Source of the DNA: Vicinamibacterales bacterium
GTDB taxonomy: Bacteria; Acidobacteriota; Vicinamibacteria; Vicinamibacterales; UBA8438
Assembly (NCBI GenBank): GCA_965214845.1
Contig: CBDCCO010000007.1
Coordinates: 1,137,030-1,201,029 of the forward strand
Direction of reading: 5' to 3'
DNA: 64,000 bases
Below are positions 1-8,517 of the stretch, one piece after another. The notes beneath the pieces are model-generated. The model made no database searches, was not told where the DNA came from, and was given only the letters and a program-made list of their open reading frames with translations. Each line of letters opens with the position of its first letter. The stretch's first letter is position 1. Position numbers and translations under genes: made by a program.

Positions 1-514
1 GGTCGGCTTTCGCGGCGCACACCACGTCGAAGACATCACGCACCGGGCTTGTCAGTCCCCGTCTCAGCTTCCCGCGCAGGATCTGGCTGTTCGACAGGAC
101 CGTCTCGACCTTACCGTCAGCGATAGCCTGCTCTTCGGCGCCTCGTGCGCTCGGCCGCAGCCGCGCCAGGTGCAGCACACCGTCTCCGCAGTGGATCTTG
201 ATCTCGTCGACGTTTTCGATCTCGGCTTTGCCACTGATACGTCGCGCGAGGTTGTGTTCGTCGTCCCGCGTCAAGTCGCCGAGGCTCAGGTCTCCTGGCA
301 AGGTGACGTCGATGTCCGTGCTCGCCCGGTGTCCCCACCGCGCCGCCAGCGTCGTGCCGCCTCCGATGTGCGGCTCGATACGCTTGTCGGGCCGCCGGCT
401 GCCGAGTTCGTGCACCGTTGCACGGATTCGTTTCCACAGTCGCGTCGCCGGTTCTGGCAGCTTCAGCTGTTCGCGGTCGTGTTGATCGCGCGGATCTGCT
501 TTGGGTCCGCCCAT
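1..514 (-). CDS. AbiEii/DUF1814-like nucleotidyltransferase (putative toxin), N-terminal ~170 codons; 3' end lies beyond the window edge
   Basis: Not in the ORF track because it runs off the edge. My minus-strand translation from 514: MGGPKADPRDQHDREQLKLPEPATRLWKRIRATVHELGSRRPDKRIEPHIGGGTTLAARWGHRASTDIDVTLPGD...SNSQILRGKL. It has the GGGxxL..RW.HRxSTDID pol-beta NTase signature and is a clear paralog of 51175..52287. The start is uncertain; ATG 514 overlaps the upstream gene by 52 nt. Confidence 0.6.
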   Translation of the reverse strand, partial: MGGPKADPRDQHDREQLKLPEPATRLWKRIRATVHELGSRRPDKRIEPHIGGGTTLAARWGHRASTDIDVTLPGDLSLGDLTRDDEHNLARRISGKAEIENVDEIKIHCGDGVLHLARLRPSARGAEEQAIADGKVETVLSNSQILRGKLRRGLTSPVRDVFDVVCAAKAD

Positions 515-912
515 GTTTCTCTTTCCATCGCGCGGGCTACTTGCCGCCACGTGAATGCGCCTTCCATCCAGGCCGCGAACAGTGTCTCGAAGTCGGCTCG
601 CAGCACCATGTTGATCATCGACTGTTGCAGGTCCGTCGGACTCTCTGCCCGCATCGCTTCGTAGACTTCGTCGCTCGTCGGTCGCTTCGGCCAGCCGCAG
701 CAGTCTCCAATGATCAGTCCCCGGATGGTTCCCGAGTTCCGTCCCACCCGTTCCTGGTCGACTGTCTTGTACCTCGTCGGATCCGCGTACTCGTCGCTGA
801 AGTCCTCGAGCGGCCGCAGTCGTGCCGGTCGTTCCGGGTTCTCTTCCCGGCTGCGCCGCGCGGTTTCCTCGTGGACCCACCGGAACAGTTCGCGGTTTCT
901 TTGCGTGTTCAT
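463..912 (-). CDS. hypothetical small protein, CCGWP-motif family (candidate partner/antitoxin of the downstream NTase)
   Basis: 149-aa ORF of normal composition, with GAGGA 9 nt upstream of the ATG. The blocks GDCCGWPKRPTSDEVYEAMR and AFTWRQVARAM are shared with 52284..52748. In both copies it sits directly upstream of the NTase gene. I recognise no family. Confidence 0.6.
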   Translation of the reverse strand: MNTQRNRELFRWVHEETARRSREENPERPARLRPLEDFSDEYADPTRYKTVDQERVGRNSGTIRGLIIGDCCGWPKRPTSDEVYEAMRAESPTDLQQSMINMVLRADFETLFAAWMEGAFTWRQVARAMERETWADPKQIRAINTTANS

Positions 913-1008
913 CGCCGTGTCCTCAGCGTAAACTTCGCGCGTCTGTTTTCTGGTGTCAAGCCGGAAGTTGTTCCATGGTGGTGCCGTGGCCTTGCCGGAT
1001 GATGCCGT

Positions 1009-1662
1009 CTACCTTGCCCTCGCGGGCCTGCCGGCTTCGGCCGTGCCGGCCTTGGCGATCCGCCCGTCCGGGGTCTCGAAGCCCCAGGACCTGACGCGCG
1101 TGCCGGTCGCGAACAGGCTCATTGCCCTGACCGCCGCGCCGCCCGAGTCGCGGCCGAGCACCAGCCGGTGGCGGAACCGCGCCGGCCGCACCGAGAGCGT
1201 GCCCGGCTCGATCGGGACCACGCCCTGCGGCGAGTGCTCCACGAGCCAGCCCTCGAGCAGCAGCGAGGCGGAGGCCCACGGGTGATCGTGCGGCGCAGCC
1301 GGGTCGTCGGCCTCGAAGACGTGCAGGTACAGCCCGTTGCGGCCGTGGCCGGCCGCGTCGGCCTCGCGCGCGAGCCACCAGCGCCGCATGTAGACCTCGC
1401 TCTCCGGCCCGTCGGTGCGCAGCACCAGCTGCGGCTCGGTCTCCCTGATCACCGGGCGGGCGATCCGGAGCAGCGCCGCGAGCGTGTCGCCGCGCGCCGC
1501 CCCCGGGGCCGCCCACGCGAGCGCCGAGTGGGGCTCGGCGGGCGCCGTGATGCGGCTGGGCTCTTGCGCGATCGCCTCGATGTCGAACGCGCTGCCGAGC
1601 ACGTCGCGGATCCTGGCCGCCGCGCTGTTGCGGAGCGCCTCCTGTTCGGTCTGGCTCTTCAT
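1009..1662 (-). CDS. hypothetical protein with cupin-like HDHPW motif
   Basis: 217-aa ORF with non-artefactual composition. Its C-terminal half reads GLYLHVFEADDPAAPHDHPWASASLLLEGWLVEH, which resembles small cupin-like phage/MGE proteins. The family is not identified. Confidence 0.5.
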   Translation of the reverse strand: MKSQTEQEALRNSAAARIRDVLGSAFDIEAIAQEPSRITAPAEPHSALAWAAPGAARGDTLAALLRIARPVIRETEPQLVLRTDGPESEVYMRRWWLAREADAAGHGRNGLYLHVFEADDPAAPHDHPWASASLLLEGWLVEHSPQGVVPIEPGTLSVRPARFRHRLVLGRDSGGAAVRAMSLFATGTRVRSWGFETPDGRIAKAGTAEAGRPARAR

Positions 1663-1803
1663 GTTCGGACCTCTTCGGGAGTCGGTGGAGAAACGGGGAC
1701 GGCTCAGTTTGCCAGCGCCGCGCAGACGCCTGCCGCCACTGCACAGCCCGGGGCCGGCGGGACGCCCGGCCGACGGTTTCCCCTTGCGCGGCGCGGGCCG
1801 CGT

Positions 1804-2280
1804 TCAGTGGATCGTCGCCGGCTCGACGCCGGCAATGCGGATGCTCCGCCCGAGACGCAGGATCTCGGCCTCGTCGGCTGTGTCGAGGCCGTCCGACGGG
1901 CGGAACGGAATCTTCCCGCGCCGGACCCGGTGGCCCAGCGTCAGGAGAAACGCGATGGCCACCGCCGCGGCCAGTGTCGGCGCCTTGCCCTGGTACGGTT
2001 CGGCGTCGTACGTCAGGACGAGCTTGCCGTACCGGACGTGGAGGTCGAACGGGCGGTGTCCGTCGACGGTGATCCGCCGGACTTTCTCGAGCGTGGCCCG
2101 CTTGTCCTCAGCAGTCCTGGCCTGTGGGATGAGCTTCTCCAGCGTTTCGATCCGCTTCCTGCTGATCCCGAGTGCGTCGAGCAGGGCGACGAGGACCGTT
2201 CCCAACGCGTTGGCGTCGCTCTTGCGGAGTTCCCGGCACGGCTCGCCGCCGTTGGCCTGCGCGATCTTGCGGTTGTGCAT
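1804..2280 (-). CDS. hypothetical protein
   Basis: 158-aa ORF with balanced K/E/L/I content, unlike the surrounding Arg-rich artefact ORFs. It lies in the same-strand gene string. It contains one internal copy of the CCAACGCGTTGG palindrome (2202-2213). Confidence 0.5.
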   Translation of the reverse strand: MHNRKIAQANGGEPCRELRKSDANALGTVLVALLDALGISRKRIETLEKLIPQARTAEDKRATLEKVRRITVDGHRPFDLHVRYGKLVLTYDAEPYQGKAPTLAAAVAIAFLLTLGHRVRRGKIPFRPSDGLDTADEAEILRLGRSIRIAGVEPATIH

Positions 2281-2368
2281 GGTGCGCCCGCGCTGCTGCC
2301 GGAAGCTTGCCGGCGTGCGGTCCGTTCGCCGCTGCCTGCTACAGCGCGCCGCCGGGCTGGCTCGTGCG

Positions 2369-2689
2369 CTAGGCGCCTGCGTTGGTGGTGTCTGCGACCA
2401 CGGGCGCTTCCTCGACCTCCTTGATCGTCGTCGTCGTGTATGCGTGTGGGTTTCCCCGCACGAAGAACTCCATGTTCATGCTCCGGCCGATGAAGCCGAT
2501 CCGCAGCATGCCGCCGTGGCCGAACGTGGATCCGGTAATCGTCGCGCGCGTCGGCTTCGGGCAGATTTGCGGATGGCCGCTCAGAAGGAACGGGTGGCCG
2601 GTGCCTCCCTCGGCGACCCGCTCGACCTGGGCGTTGAGCCTGGGCGACAGGCCCGGGTGCGGGTCGGGGAGCGTGTCCTTGTTCGTCAT
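2369..2689 (-). CDS. hypothetical protein (106 aa)
   Basis: Only the C-terminal part of ORF 2369..3580 looks coding: MTNKDTLPDPHPGLSPRLNAQVERVAEGGTGHPFLLSGHPQICPKPT...FVRGNPHAYTTTTIKEVEE. The internal ATG at 2689 is in frame. The upstream part is Arg/Gly junk that overlaps the next gene. Confidence 0.45.
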   Translation of the reverse strand: MTNKDTLPDPHPGLSPRLNAQVERVAEGGTGHPFLLSGHPQICPKPTRATITGSTFGHGGMLRIGFIGRSMNMEFFVRGNPHAYTTTTIKEVEEAPVVADTTNAGA

Positions 2690-2766
2690 CGTCTTCCTCT
2701 CGTCGACCGTGTCGGCCGTGCCAGGTGATCGCTCGGCGCAGCCGCGCATCGCGCCGGCCCTTCGGC

Positions 2767-3315
2767 TCAACGGACCTGCGCCCGCTCCGCCGCCGCGACG
2801 GCGTCGAGCGCCTCGAGGGTCTCGCCGGGCGAGTGGCGCGCCAGGTTGAAGACGGGGATGCCCGCGTCCTCGGCCATGTGGATACCGGTGGCGGTACCGC
2901 CGACAGCCACCGCGTTGGGCGTCCAGCAGACGACGGCCCCCACCGGGTCGCCGAGATTCTCGCCGTGGATGATCGCCGCGTTGCGGGCGTGGAGCTTCCG
3001 CGCGGCCTGCCGGCAGCGGTGCCATGCCGGGTGGTAGCGCGAGACGAAATCGGCCGCCTCGGCCTGCTGCACGCGGTCCATCAGCACGGCCGACGGCCCC
3101 GAGATGCCGTTGTAGCCCGGCCAGGGCAGGTGGATCCGCAGGCGCCGGGCGCTGAACCCGTCGGGGACGCCTGCGGCGAACGCCGCGTCCGCGCCGTCGG
3201 CGCCGCCCGTGCGCAGCGTCCAGCCGCGTTCGGCCAGCGCGGCCGCCAGGGCGCTCATCGTCGCCTGGACGTCGTGCGGCGTCCGCCGCGACCCGATCCC
3301 GGCGTACTGCAGCAT
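2767..3315 (-). CDS. SLOG-superfamily, DprA/Smf-like nucleotide-binding protein
   Basis: MLQYAGIGSRRTP...LRTGGADGADAAFAAG...NAAIIHGENLGDPVGAVVCWTP. This GSR / GGAxGxD Rossmann pattern is typical of DprA-like and DUF2493-like SLOG domains. Confidence 0.6.
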   Translation of the reverse strand: MLQYAGIGSRRTPHDVQATMSALAAALAERGWTLRTGGADGADAAFAAGVPDGFSARRLRIHLPWPGYNGISGPSAVLMDRVQQAEAADFVSRYHPAWHRCRQAARKLHARNAAIIHGENLGDPVGAVVCWTPNAVAVGGTATGIHMAEDAGIPVFNLARHSPGETLEALDAVAAAERAQVR

Positions 3316-3480
3316 GGTGGGCTCCCTTCTCTGCGCCTTCGGCGCTGTCTCGGCGGCTGACCTGCACCTCTGGTGCCCGTGCGTGGACGGGCTGGGCCGA
3401 AGGCCCGCGTACGTCGGGCCGTTCGGGCCGTGCGGTCTCCGTGGCGTGGTATCCGTACTGTCCGATTGTCCTCCGTCCGG

Positions 3481-3533
3481 CCCTCCCCCCGTGGTCCGTT
3501 GTCCCTGCGCGCCGAGTCGGCGAGGCGCGCCAG
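3481..3533. promoter_or_regulatory. conserved intergenic element, copy 1 (C-rich box plus GC hairpin)
   Basis: CCCTCCCCCCGTGGTCCGTTGTCCCTGCGCGCCGAGTCGGCGAGGCGCGCCAGG. About 55 nt are shared with 35358-35413. It lies ~170 nt upstream of the SLOG gene start on the minus strand. Confidence 0.4.
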
Positions 3534-3647
3534 GCCCGCCGGGGCGGTCGTCGTTTCAAGGAGCGGTTCCAGAGTCCCACGCGTCCTGTCCGAGGCGGCC
3601 TCGCGGCGGCGTCCGGCCTGCCCGGGTGGTCTCCGGACCGGCTGACC

Positions 3648-4799
3648 TCACGGGTGGAACTGCTTGCCGAGCGCGAGTCCCTGGTGCTGGTAGGACGATC
3701 CGATCCCGGCGCCGTACTGCCTGTCCGGCCGCTCGGCCATCCGGCTGTACTCGAGCCGGGCGACCACCTGCCCGTGCTCGATGACGAACGGCGTCTCGTG
3801 CGCCCGCACCTCGAGCACGGCGCAGGCGCCGCGGGCCGCGGGGCCTGCGTCTCCGAACCCGGGGTCGAAGAACCCGGCGTAGTGGACGCGCAGCTCGCCC
3901 ACCGACGGGTCGAACGGCACCATCTCGGCCGCGTAGTCCGCAGGCACGCGCACCCGCTCGCGTGATGCGAGGACGTAGAAGTCGCCCGGGTTGAGGATCA
4001 GCCGGCCGTCCGGACACGCCCCGGTGGCTTCCCAGTAGCCCTGCGGGTCGTGCCGCCCGAGCATGTTGACGATCGGTGCGTTCGGCCGCCCGCGGTAGGC
4101 CGCCGGCCCGCCGGTCGTGCCGGGCCGCAGGCTCGCCGACAGACGGATGCCCCGGTCGATCGCGGCGGCCTGCGGCTGGCCGTCGACGTACGCCAGCGGC
4201 GTCCGCTGATCGATCGCGGCGAGCTCGGCGTCGCCGATCGCGGCGCCGGCCTCGTCCTTAATGAACCGCATCTGCGACAGGCAGAGTCCGGCCTGGACGA
4301 TTACCGGGAACGTGCGCGGCATGATCTCGGCGTAGAGCGGTCCCTCGTAGCCTTGGGGGACGTGCTCGAAGCTCCCGCTGCGGTCGGCGATCAGGCGCGT
4401 GAAGACGTCGAGCCGCCCGGTCGTGCTCTTCGGGTTCGCCCGGCCGCATACGCCCGCGGGGAGCGCGAGACGCTCGGCGAGCTCGACCAGGTAGACGCAC
4501 CCGGTCTCGAGCACCGTCGGCTCGTCGAGGCGCAACGTCGTCATCGACAGCGGGCCGAGGCCCTCCGCCACAGTGCGGTTAGCGCCCGGCAGGAAGCTCG
4601 CCTGCAGCCGGTGGGCCACGCGTCCGAGGCGCAGGTCGATGCTCGCGGGCTGGACCTGGCGGCCTTGGACCGGATCGGCGGCCCGGATCCGGCCGTCCGC
4701 GATCAGCCGCTCGATCTGCTGCGAGGGCAGCACGCCCGGCCCGGGGGGCCGGGCGCCGGTAGGCTTCCTGCTGCCTGATGTCTGGTGAAGTCTCGTCAC
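3648..4799 (-). CDS. dcd: 2'-deoxycytidine 5'-triphosphate deaminase (long, ~370-aa DCD family)
   Basis: 383-aa ORF: GVLPSQQIERLIADGRIRA...PASIDLRLG...CGRANPKSTTGRLDVFTRLI...LILNPGDFYVLASRERVRVP...GFFDPGFG. This is a duplicated dUTPase-fold dCTP deaminase pattern. The start may instead be the GTG at 4733, because 4799 overlaps the divergent gene. Confidence 0.7.
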   Translation of the reverse strand: MTRLHQTSGSRKPTGARPPGPGVLPSQQIERLIADGRIRAADPVQGRQVQPASIDLRLGRVAHRLQASFLPGANRTVAEGLGPLSMTTLRLDEPTVLETGCVYLVELAERLALPAGVCGRANPKSTTGRLDVFTRLIADRSGSFEHVPQGYEGPLYAEIMPRTFPVIVQAGLCLSQMRFIKDEAGAAIGDAELAAIDQRTPLAYVDGQPQAAAIDRGIRLSASLRPGTTGGPAAYRGRPNAPIVNMLGRHDPQGYWEATGACPDGRLILNPGDFYVLASRERVRVPADYAAEMVPFDPSVGELRVHYAGFFDPGFGDAGPAARGACAVLEVRAHETPFVIEHGQVVARLEYSRMAERPDRQYGAGIGSSYQHQGLALGKQFHP

Positions 4800-6178
4800 T
4801 GCGTTCTCCTTCGGCCGCCCTCTCGCCCCTGCTCCTGGCCGCGGTGCTGTTCGCCGAGGGCTACTCGTCGCTCTCGATCGAGATCCTGGCCCTGCGCCGG
4901 ATGGTCCCGTGGGTCGGCTCGGCGGTGCCGGTCACCTCGCTTCTGCTCAGCGTGTACCTGGCCGCGCTGGCCGCGGGCTACCAGACCGGCGGGCGCCTGG
5001 CCGCCGCGGGCGGCGACCTGCGCGGCGCCCTCGGCCGGCGCCTGGTTCTGGCCGCCGCGCTCGCGGCCTTCTGGCTCTCGGACCTGGGCGTCACGCTGGT
5101 CTTCTCGCTGCCGCTGCCGCCGGTCGCGGCGATAGCGCTCTACTCGGTCGCCGGGATTGCGCCGCCGGGGTACCTGCTGGCGCAGTGCATCCTGCTGGCC
5201 CACGCGTGCGCGCGGCCGGCGGATCCGTCCGTGCGCGCCGGGCGCGTCTTCGCGGTCTCGACCGCGGGCAACGTCGCCGGCTCGCTCCTGACGGCCTTCG
5301 TGGTGCTCTCGCACCTGGGCACGGCGGCCGCCGCGCTGCTCATCGTCGCGGCGCTGGTCGCCGCCGCGCTGGCCGTCAGCCCGCGCTCGTTCGGCCCGGT
5401 CGCGATCGCGCTGTGCCTGATCGGTCCGGGCTTCAGCCTCTGGTACGAGGCGACGCGGCTGGTCGCCAGCACGGCGTACGCCGACTACAGCGTGCTGCCG
5501 ATAGACGCCGAGCCGGCGGGCAGGCTGCTCTTGCTCAACCGGAGCCCGGCGTCCCGGGACGACCCGGACGGCACGGGCTGGGAGTACCTCGAGTGGATCG
5601 AGGACCAGCTGTGCGCGGAGCGGCCCGGGCGGGTGCTCGTCCTCGGCGCCGCCGGGCGCACGCTCGGCCGCGGGCGCGACTGCTTTCCGCCGCCGGTCTT
5701 CGTCGACATCGACCCGGCCGTGGGTCGTGTCGCCGGGGAGCTGCTCTTCGGTCCCGCCCCCGGCCCGCTCGTCGTGGCCGACGCGCGCGCGTTCCTGCGC
5801 CGCGGCGACCCGGCCTGGGACGTTGTCGTGGTCGATGCCTACTCGCACGAGCTCACGTTCCCGTCGCACCTGGGGACGGCGGAGTTCTTCTCGGCGGTCC
5901 GCGGCAGCCTGGCGGTAGGCGGCATCGCGTACCTCAACGTGCTGACGCCGCCGGACTCGGCCCGTTTCCTCTCGCGCCTTGACCGGACGGTCCGCAGCGT
6001 CTTCGCCGAGTGCCGCACCTGGTCGGTGCTCGCGCACGGCCGGCGCGAGCCCCTTGTCCGGGCGGTCGGCCGGCCGGACAACCTCGTCTACCGCTGCCTG
6101 CGTTCGCCGCACGACGGCGACGCGGCGGTGTACTCCGACGCGCTGCCGCGCATCGACCTCGATCGCGGCCTGCGCTGA
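4778..6178 (+). CDS. membrane-anchored spermidine synthase-like (class I SAM-fold) protein
   Basis: 466 aa. The N-terminal ~230 aa form multiple hydrophobic helices. The C-terminus reads VLVLGAAGRTLGRG...FVDIDPAV...VVVVDAYSHELTFPSHLGTAEFF...GGIAYLNV, which resembles an aminopropyltransferase fold. Confidence 0.6.
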   Translation: MSGEVSSLRSPSAALSPLLLAAVLFAEGYSSLSIEILALRRMVPWVGSAVPVTSLLLSVYLAALAAGYQTGGRLAAAGGDLRGALGRRLVLAAALAAFWLSDLGVTLVFSLPLPPVAAIALYSVAGIAPPGYLLAQCILLAHACARPADPSVRAGRVFAVSTAGNVAGSLLTAFVVLSHLGTAAAALLIVAALVAAALAVSPRSFGPVAIALCLIGPGFSLWYEATRLVASTAYADYSVLPIDAEPAGRLLLLNRSPASRDDPDGTGWEYLEWIEDQLCAERPGRVLVLGAAGRTLGRGRDCFPPPVFVDIDPAVGRVAGELLFGPAPGPLVVADARAFLRRGDPAWDVVVVDAYSHELTFPSHLGTAEFFSAVRGSLAVGGIAYLNVLTPPDSARFLSRLDRTVRSVFAECRTWSVLAHGRREPLVRAVGRPDNLVYRCLRSPHDGDAAVYSDALPRIDLDRGLR

Positions 6179-6324
6179 CGGCTTCCCTGCAGGCGGCGGA
6201 CCTCGACCTGGACATGGCACTGGTCGGGCCGGCCGCCGATGCAGCGGCCGCCCTTGCCGCACGTCTCGTGCACGGTCCGCTTCGGCCCCTGCCGCCACAG
6301 CAGATTGATCAGCCGGTCCTTCAT
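6088..6324 (-). CDS. possible small Cys-containing protein (weak call)
   Basis: MKDRLINLLWRQGPKRTVHETCGKGGRCIGGRPDQCHV.., with a GGGGG box 7 nt upstream of the ATG, 14 nt after the upstream stop. It overlaps the convergent gene by 90 nt and its tail is Arg-rich. Confidence 0.25.
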   Translation of the reverse strand: MKDRLINLLWRQGPKRTVHETCGKGGRCIGGRPDQCHVQVEVRRLQGSRQRRPRSRSMRGSASEYTAASPSCGERRQR

Positions 6325-6337
6325 GCTTCGGCCCCCG

Positions 6338-6670
6338 CTAGTGAAGTGTGCGGTGCTTCTCGTCGACGAGGATCTCGACGCGCCAGCGCCCGTTCGCGGC
6401 GTCTTCCGGCTCGTCCGGGCCGAGGCGCACGTCGACCGTGATCCGGGCGCCCGCTCCGACGCCGGTCTTCATGGCGGCCTCGTCGTCGAGGCCGCCCAGG
6501 TAGTCGTTGACGGCCGCGTGCGCGGCGGTCGTCTCGTCGGGGGCCGAGAAGGCCGCGCGCGCGGCGACGGCGCGCCGGCGGCCGTCGAAGCCGTCGATCG
6601 TGTGGATCAGCGTCTCGTAGTCCCGCGTCCCGCCGCCGGGCGGCGGCGCCCCGGTCTCTGGATCGAGCAT
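6338..6670 (-). CDS. hypothetical protein (110 aa)
   Basis: MLDPETGAPPPGGGTRDYETLIHTIDGFDGRRR...GRWRVEILVDEKHRTLH. I chose the internal ATG at 6670 because the ORF-track start at 6742 lies inside the CCAACGCGTTGG palindrome. Confidence 0.5.
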   Translation of the reverse strand: MLDPETGAPPPGGGTRDYETLIHTIDGFDGRRRAVAARAAFSAPDETTAAHAAVNDYLGGLDDEAAMKTGVGAGARITVDVRLGPDEPEDAANGRWRVEILVDEKHRTLH

Positions 6671-6738
6671 TCCGACTGTCGTCCTTTCGGTTTCCGTCTG
6701 GTTCGGTTGTGCGTGGGACGCCGCTGAGGTTGGCGCGT

Positions 6739-6750
6739 CCAACGCGTTGG
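6739..6750. promoter_or_regulatory. CCAACGCGTTGG palindrome (island-wide motif)
   Basis: Perfect 12-mer palindrome in an intergenic position. It lies 41 nt after the stop at 6791 and ~70 nt upstream of the start at 6670. Confidence 0.5.
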
Positions 6751-6790
6751 GCTCCTGGCGCGGACCGGCGCGCGGGTGCCCGCCGGGGCG

Positions 6791-7012
6791 TCAGCCCCGG
6801 GTCCGGCCGGCACGCCTGCCTGCCGGTGGGACTGTGTCGCGCCGGGGCGCGGCTGCCCGGGCACGCAGCTGCTCCTGCTCGAGCCGGCACCGGAGGCAGC
6901 GGTCGACCGCGGTCCCGTAGAAATGCCGCCCGCAGAGGCGGCAGCGCATCATCATGGGGATGGCGGCGCCGTCGTACTCGTCGTTGTCGTGGACTGATCG
7001 CCCGCGAGCCAT
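6791..7012 (-). CDS. small zinc-ribbon-like protein with basic tail
   Basis: 73 aa: RCRLCGRHFYGTAVDRCLRCRLEQEQLRAR, i.e. CxxC...CxxC followed by a basic tail. It is one of four similar small ORFs in the island. Confidence 0.45.
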   Translation of the reverse strand: MARGRSVHDNDEYDGAAIPMMMRCRLCGRHFYGTAVDRCLRCRLEQEQLRARAAAPRRDTVPPAGRRAGRTRG

Positions 7013-7033
7013 GGCGGTCCCGCTCGGTCCCTG

Positions 7034-7717
7034 TCACCGGTGGCGCCGGCCGGCGCCCTGCAGCACCTCGCGCCGGAGGCGCCGGTCCATCCGCTGGCGC
7101 GCGCGGCGTGCGCGGACGGCGGCCCACGCCGCTGCCTCGAGCTCTCCCGGCGTCAGCTCGATTCCGTCGGCGAGTGCGCCGAGCATCGTCTCGAGCCTTG
7201 CGAGGGCGATCTCGTCGGGCCGGCCCCGGCCGGCCTGCTCCGTGAGCTCCCAGAAGTCGACTGCGGGCAGCGTCCGGGCCGCCTCGATGATTGCCGCCAG
7301 CGTTTCCGGCGTCTCGACCGGCACCCAGGCGTCCTGGTTCAGCCAGCCGAACCAGCGTTCGCACGTGGCCCCGATCTCGGGGGGTCTCGCGTGCATCCAG
7401 ACCTGGTCGATCTCCTGCTCGGCCCGGCAGACGCCGGCGATGGTGGCCGGGTCGATCCCGAGCGCCGCGGCGGCGGTCTCGGCCGGCCTGTCCCCGGCGG
7501 GCAACTCGGCGATGCCGAGTCCCAGCGCCGAGGGGCAGACCAGCAGTGCTTCGCGGCACCCGGGAGTTCTCGCCGGCCGGCGGGCGACGAACTCCATCGG
7601 CTTGCTGCCGGGCCTCGCGGCCTTCTCGTGCGCGAAGGCGGCGAAGTGCTTCTCCTCGAGCGCCTTCAGGATCCGGCTCTGCCGCCGGTCCTCGTTCTGT
7701 CCGGTGGTCTTCGTCAT
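7034..7717 (-). CDS. hypothetical protein
   Basis: 227-aa ORF: MTKTTGQNEDRRQSRILKALEEKHFAAFAHEKAARPGSKPMEF...WFGWLNQDAWVPVETPETLAAIIEAARTLPAVDFWELTEQ. The composition looks coding. No family recognised. Confidence 0.55.
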   Translation of the reverse strand: MTKTTGQNEDRRQSRILKALEEKHFAAFAHEKAARPGSKPMEFVARRPARTPGCREALLVCPSALGLGIAELPAGDRPAETAAAALGIDPATIAGVCRAEQEIDQVWMHARPPEIGATCERWFGWLNQDAWVPVETPETLAAIIEAARTLPAVDFWELTEQAGRGRPDEIALARLETMLGALADGIELTPGELEAAAWAAVRARRARQRMDRRLRREVLQGAGRRHR

Positions 7718-7727
7718 CGGTAGCGCC

Positions 7728-8381
7728 TTACTTCCCGGCCGGCGTCTGCCCGCCGGCTTCGCGGTCCTGATCTCTGGACCCGACGATGCGGGGCGGCCCG
7801 GCGGGCCAGGGCGCGGCGAAGACGAGCACGCCGGCTGCGGCGATCCGCCCCGCGTCCTCGTCGTTGTCGAGGGCCGGCCGGCCGTCCGTGCGCCGGATCC
7901 AGGTCAGCAGCGTCCGCCAGGGGTCGCTGCGCCGGAACTCGATCCGCTCGGCCGTCGCCCTGATGGTTCCGGCGGGTGCAGGGTTCCATTGCGCCTGAAC
8001 CGTGAGCGCACCGTTCTCGGCGCCGGGGATGCGCCTGACCGTCCACCGCTGGTGCTGCCAGCAGCGCTCGCCCGTCAGGGTATCCGTTGCCGGTTCGGCC
8101 TGCGGCGCGTCGCCGCCGAGGCGGATCTCGACCGCGCAGGGGTTGTCGTCGAGCGCGGCGCCCGGCGGGTCCAGGCCGAAGTGCTGCCGCCCGGCAGAGA
8201 GGTCGTGGTCCTCGCGCCAGTCGACCGGACGGCGTACCCAGGGCGTCCCGAACGGCGTCAGGTGCCTGCTGCCGGCGTCGCCGTCGAGTGGCCGCCCGTC
8301 CTGCGGCATGGCGGCCGGCTCGAAGACTTCGCCGGCGTCCTCGATCGGGTCGGCGGCGTGGTGTCGGCTGCTGGCGGGCAT
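7728..8381 (-). CDS. hypothetical protein
   Basis: 217-aa ORF: ...TPFGTPWVRRPVDWREDHDLSAGRQHFGLDP...ERCWQHQRWTVRRIPGAENGALTVQAQWNP... Its start faces the left inverted repeat. Confidence 0.5.
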   Translation of the reverse strand: MPASSRHHAADPIEDAGEVFEPAAMPQDGRPLDGDAGSRHLTPFGTPWVRRPVDWREDHDLSAGRQHFGLDPPGAALDDNPCAVEIRLGGDAPQAEPATDTLTGERCWQHQRWTVRRIPGAENGALTVQAQWNPAPAGTIRATAERIEFRRSDPWRTLLTWIRRTDGRPALDNDEDAGRIAAAGVLVFAAPWPAGPPRIVGSRDQDREAGGQTPAGK

Positions 8382-8517
8382 GGCTCTTCCTTGTTCTCCT
8401 TGCCGCGGCGTGCGGCGGTCCGGGCGGAAAGTCTTGGACTGGCCGGATCGGGCCGGCGGTGTGGGGACCTCGCCCCTGGCCAGCTGGTCAGGTGGCCGGG
8501 GACGTGGCGGTCAGGCT

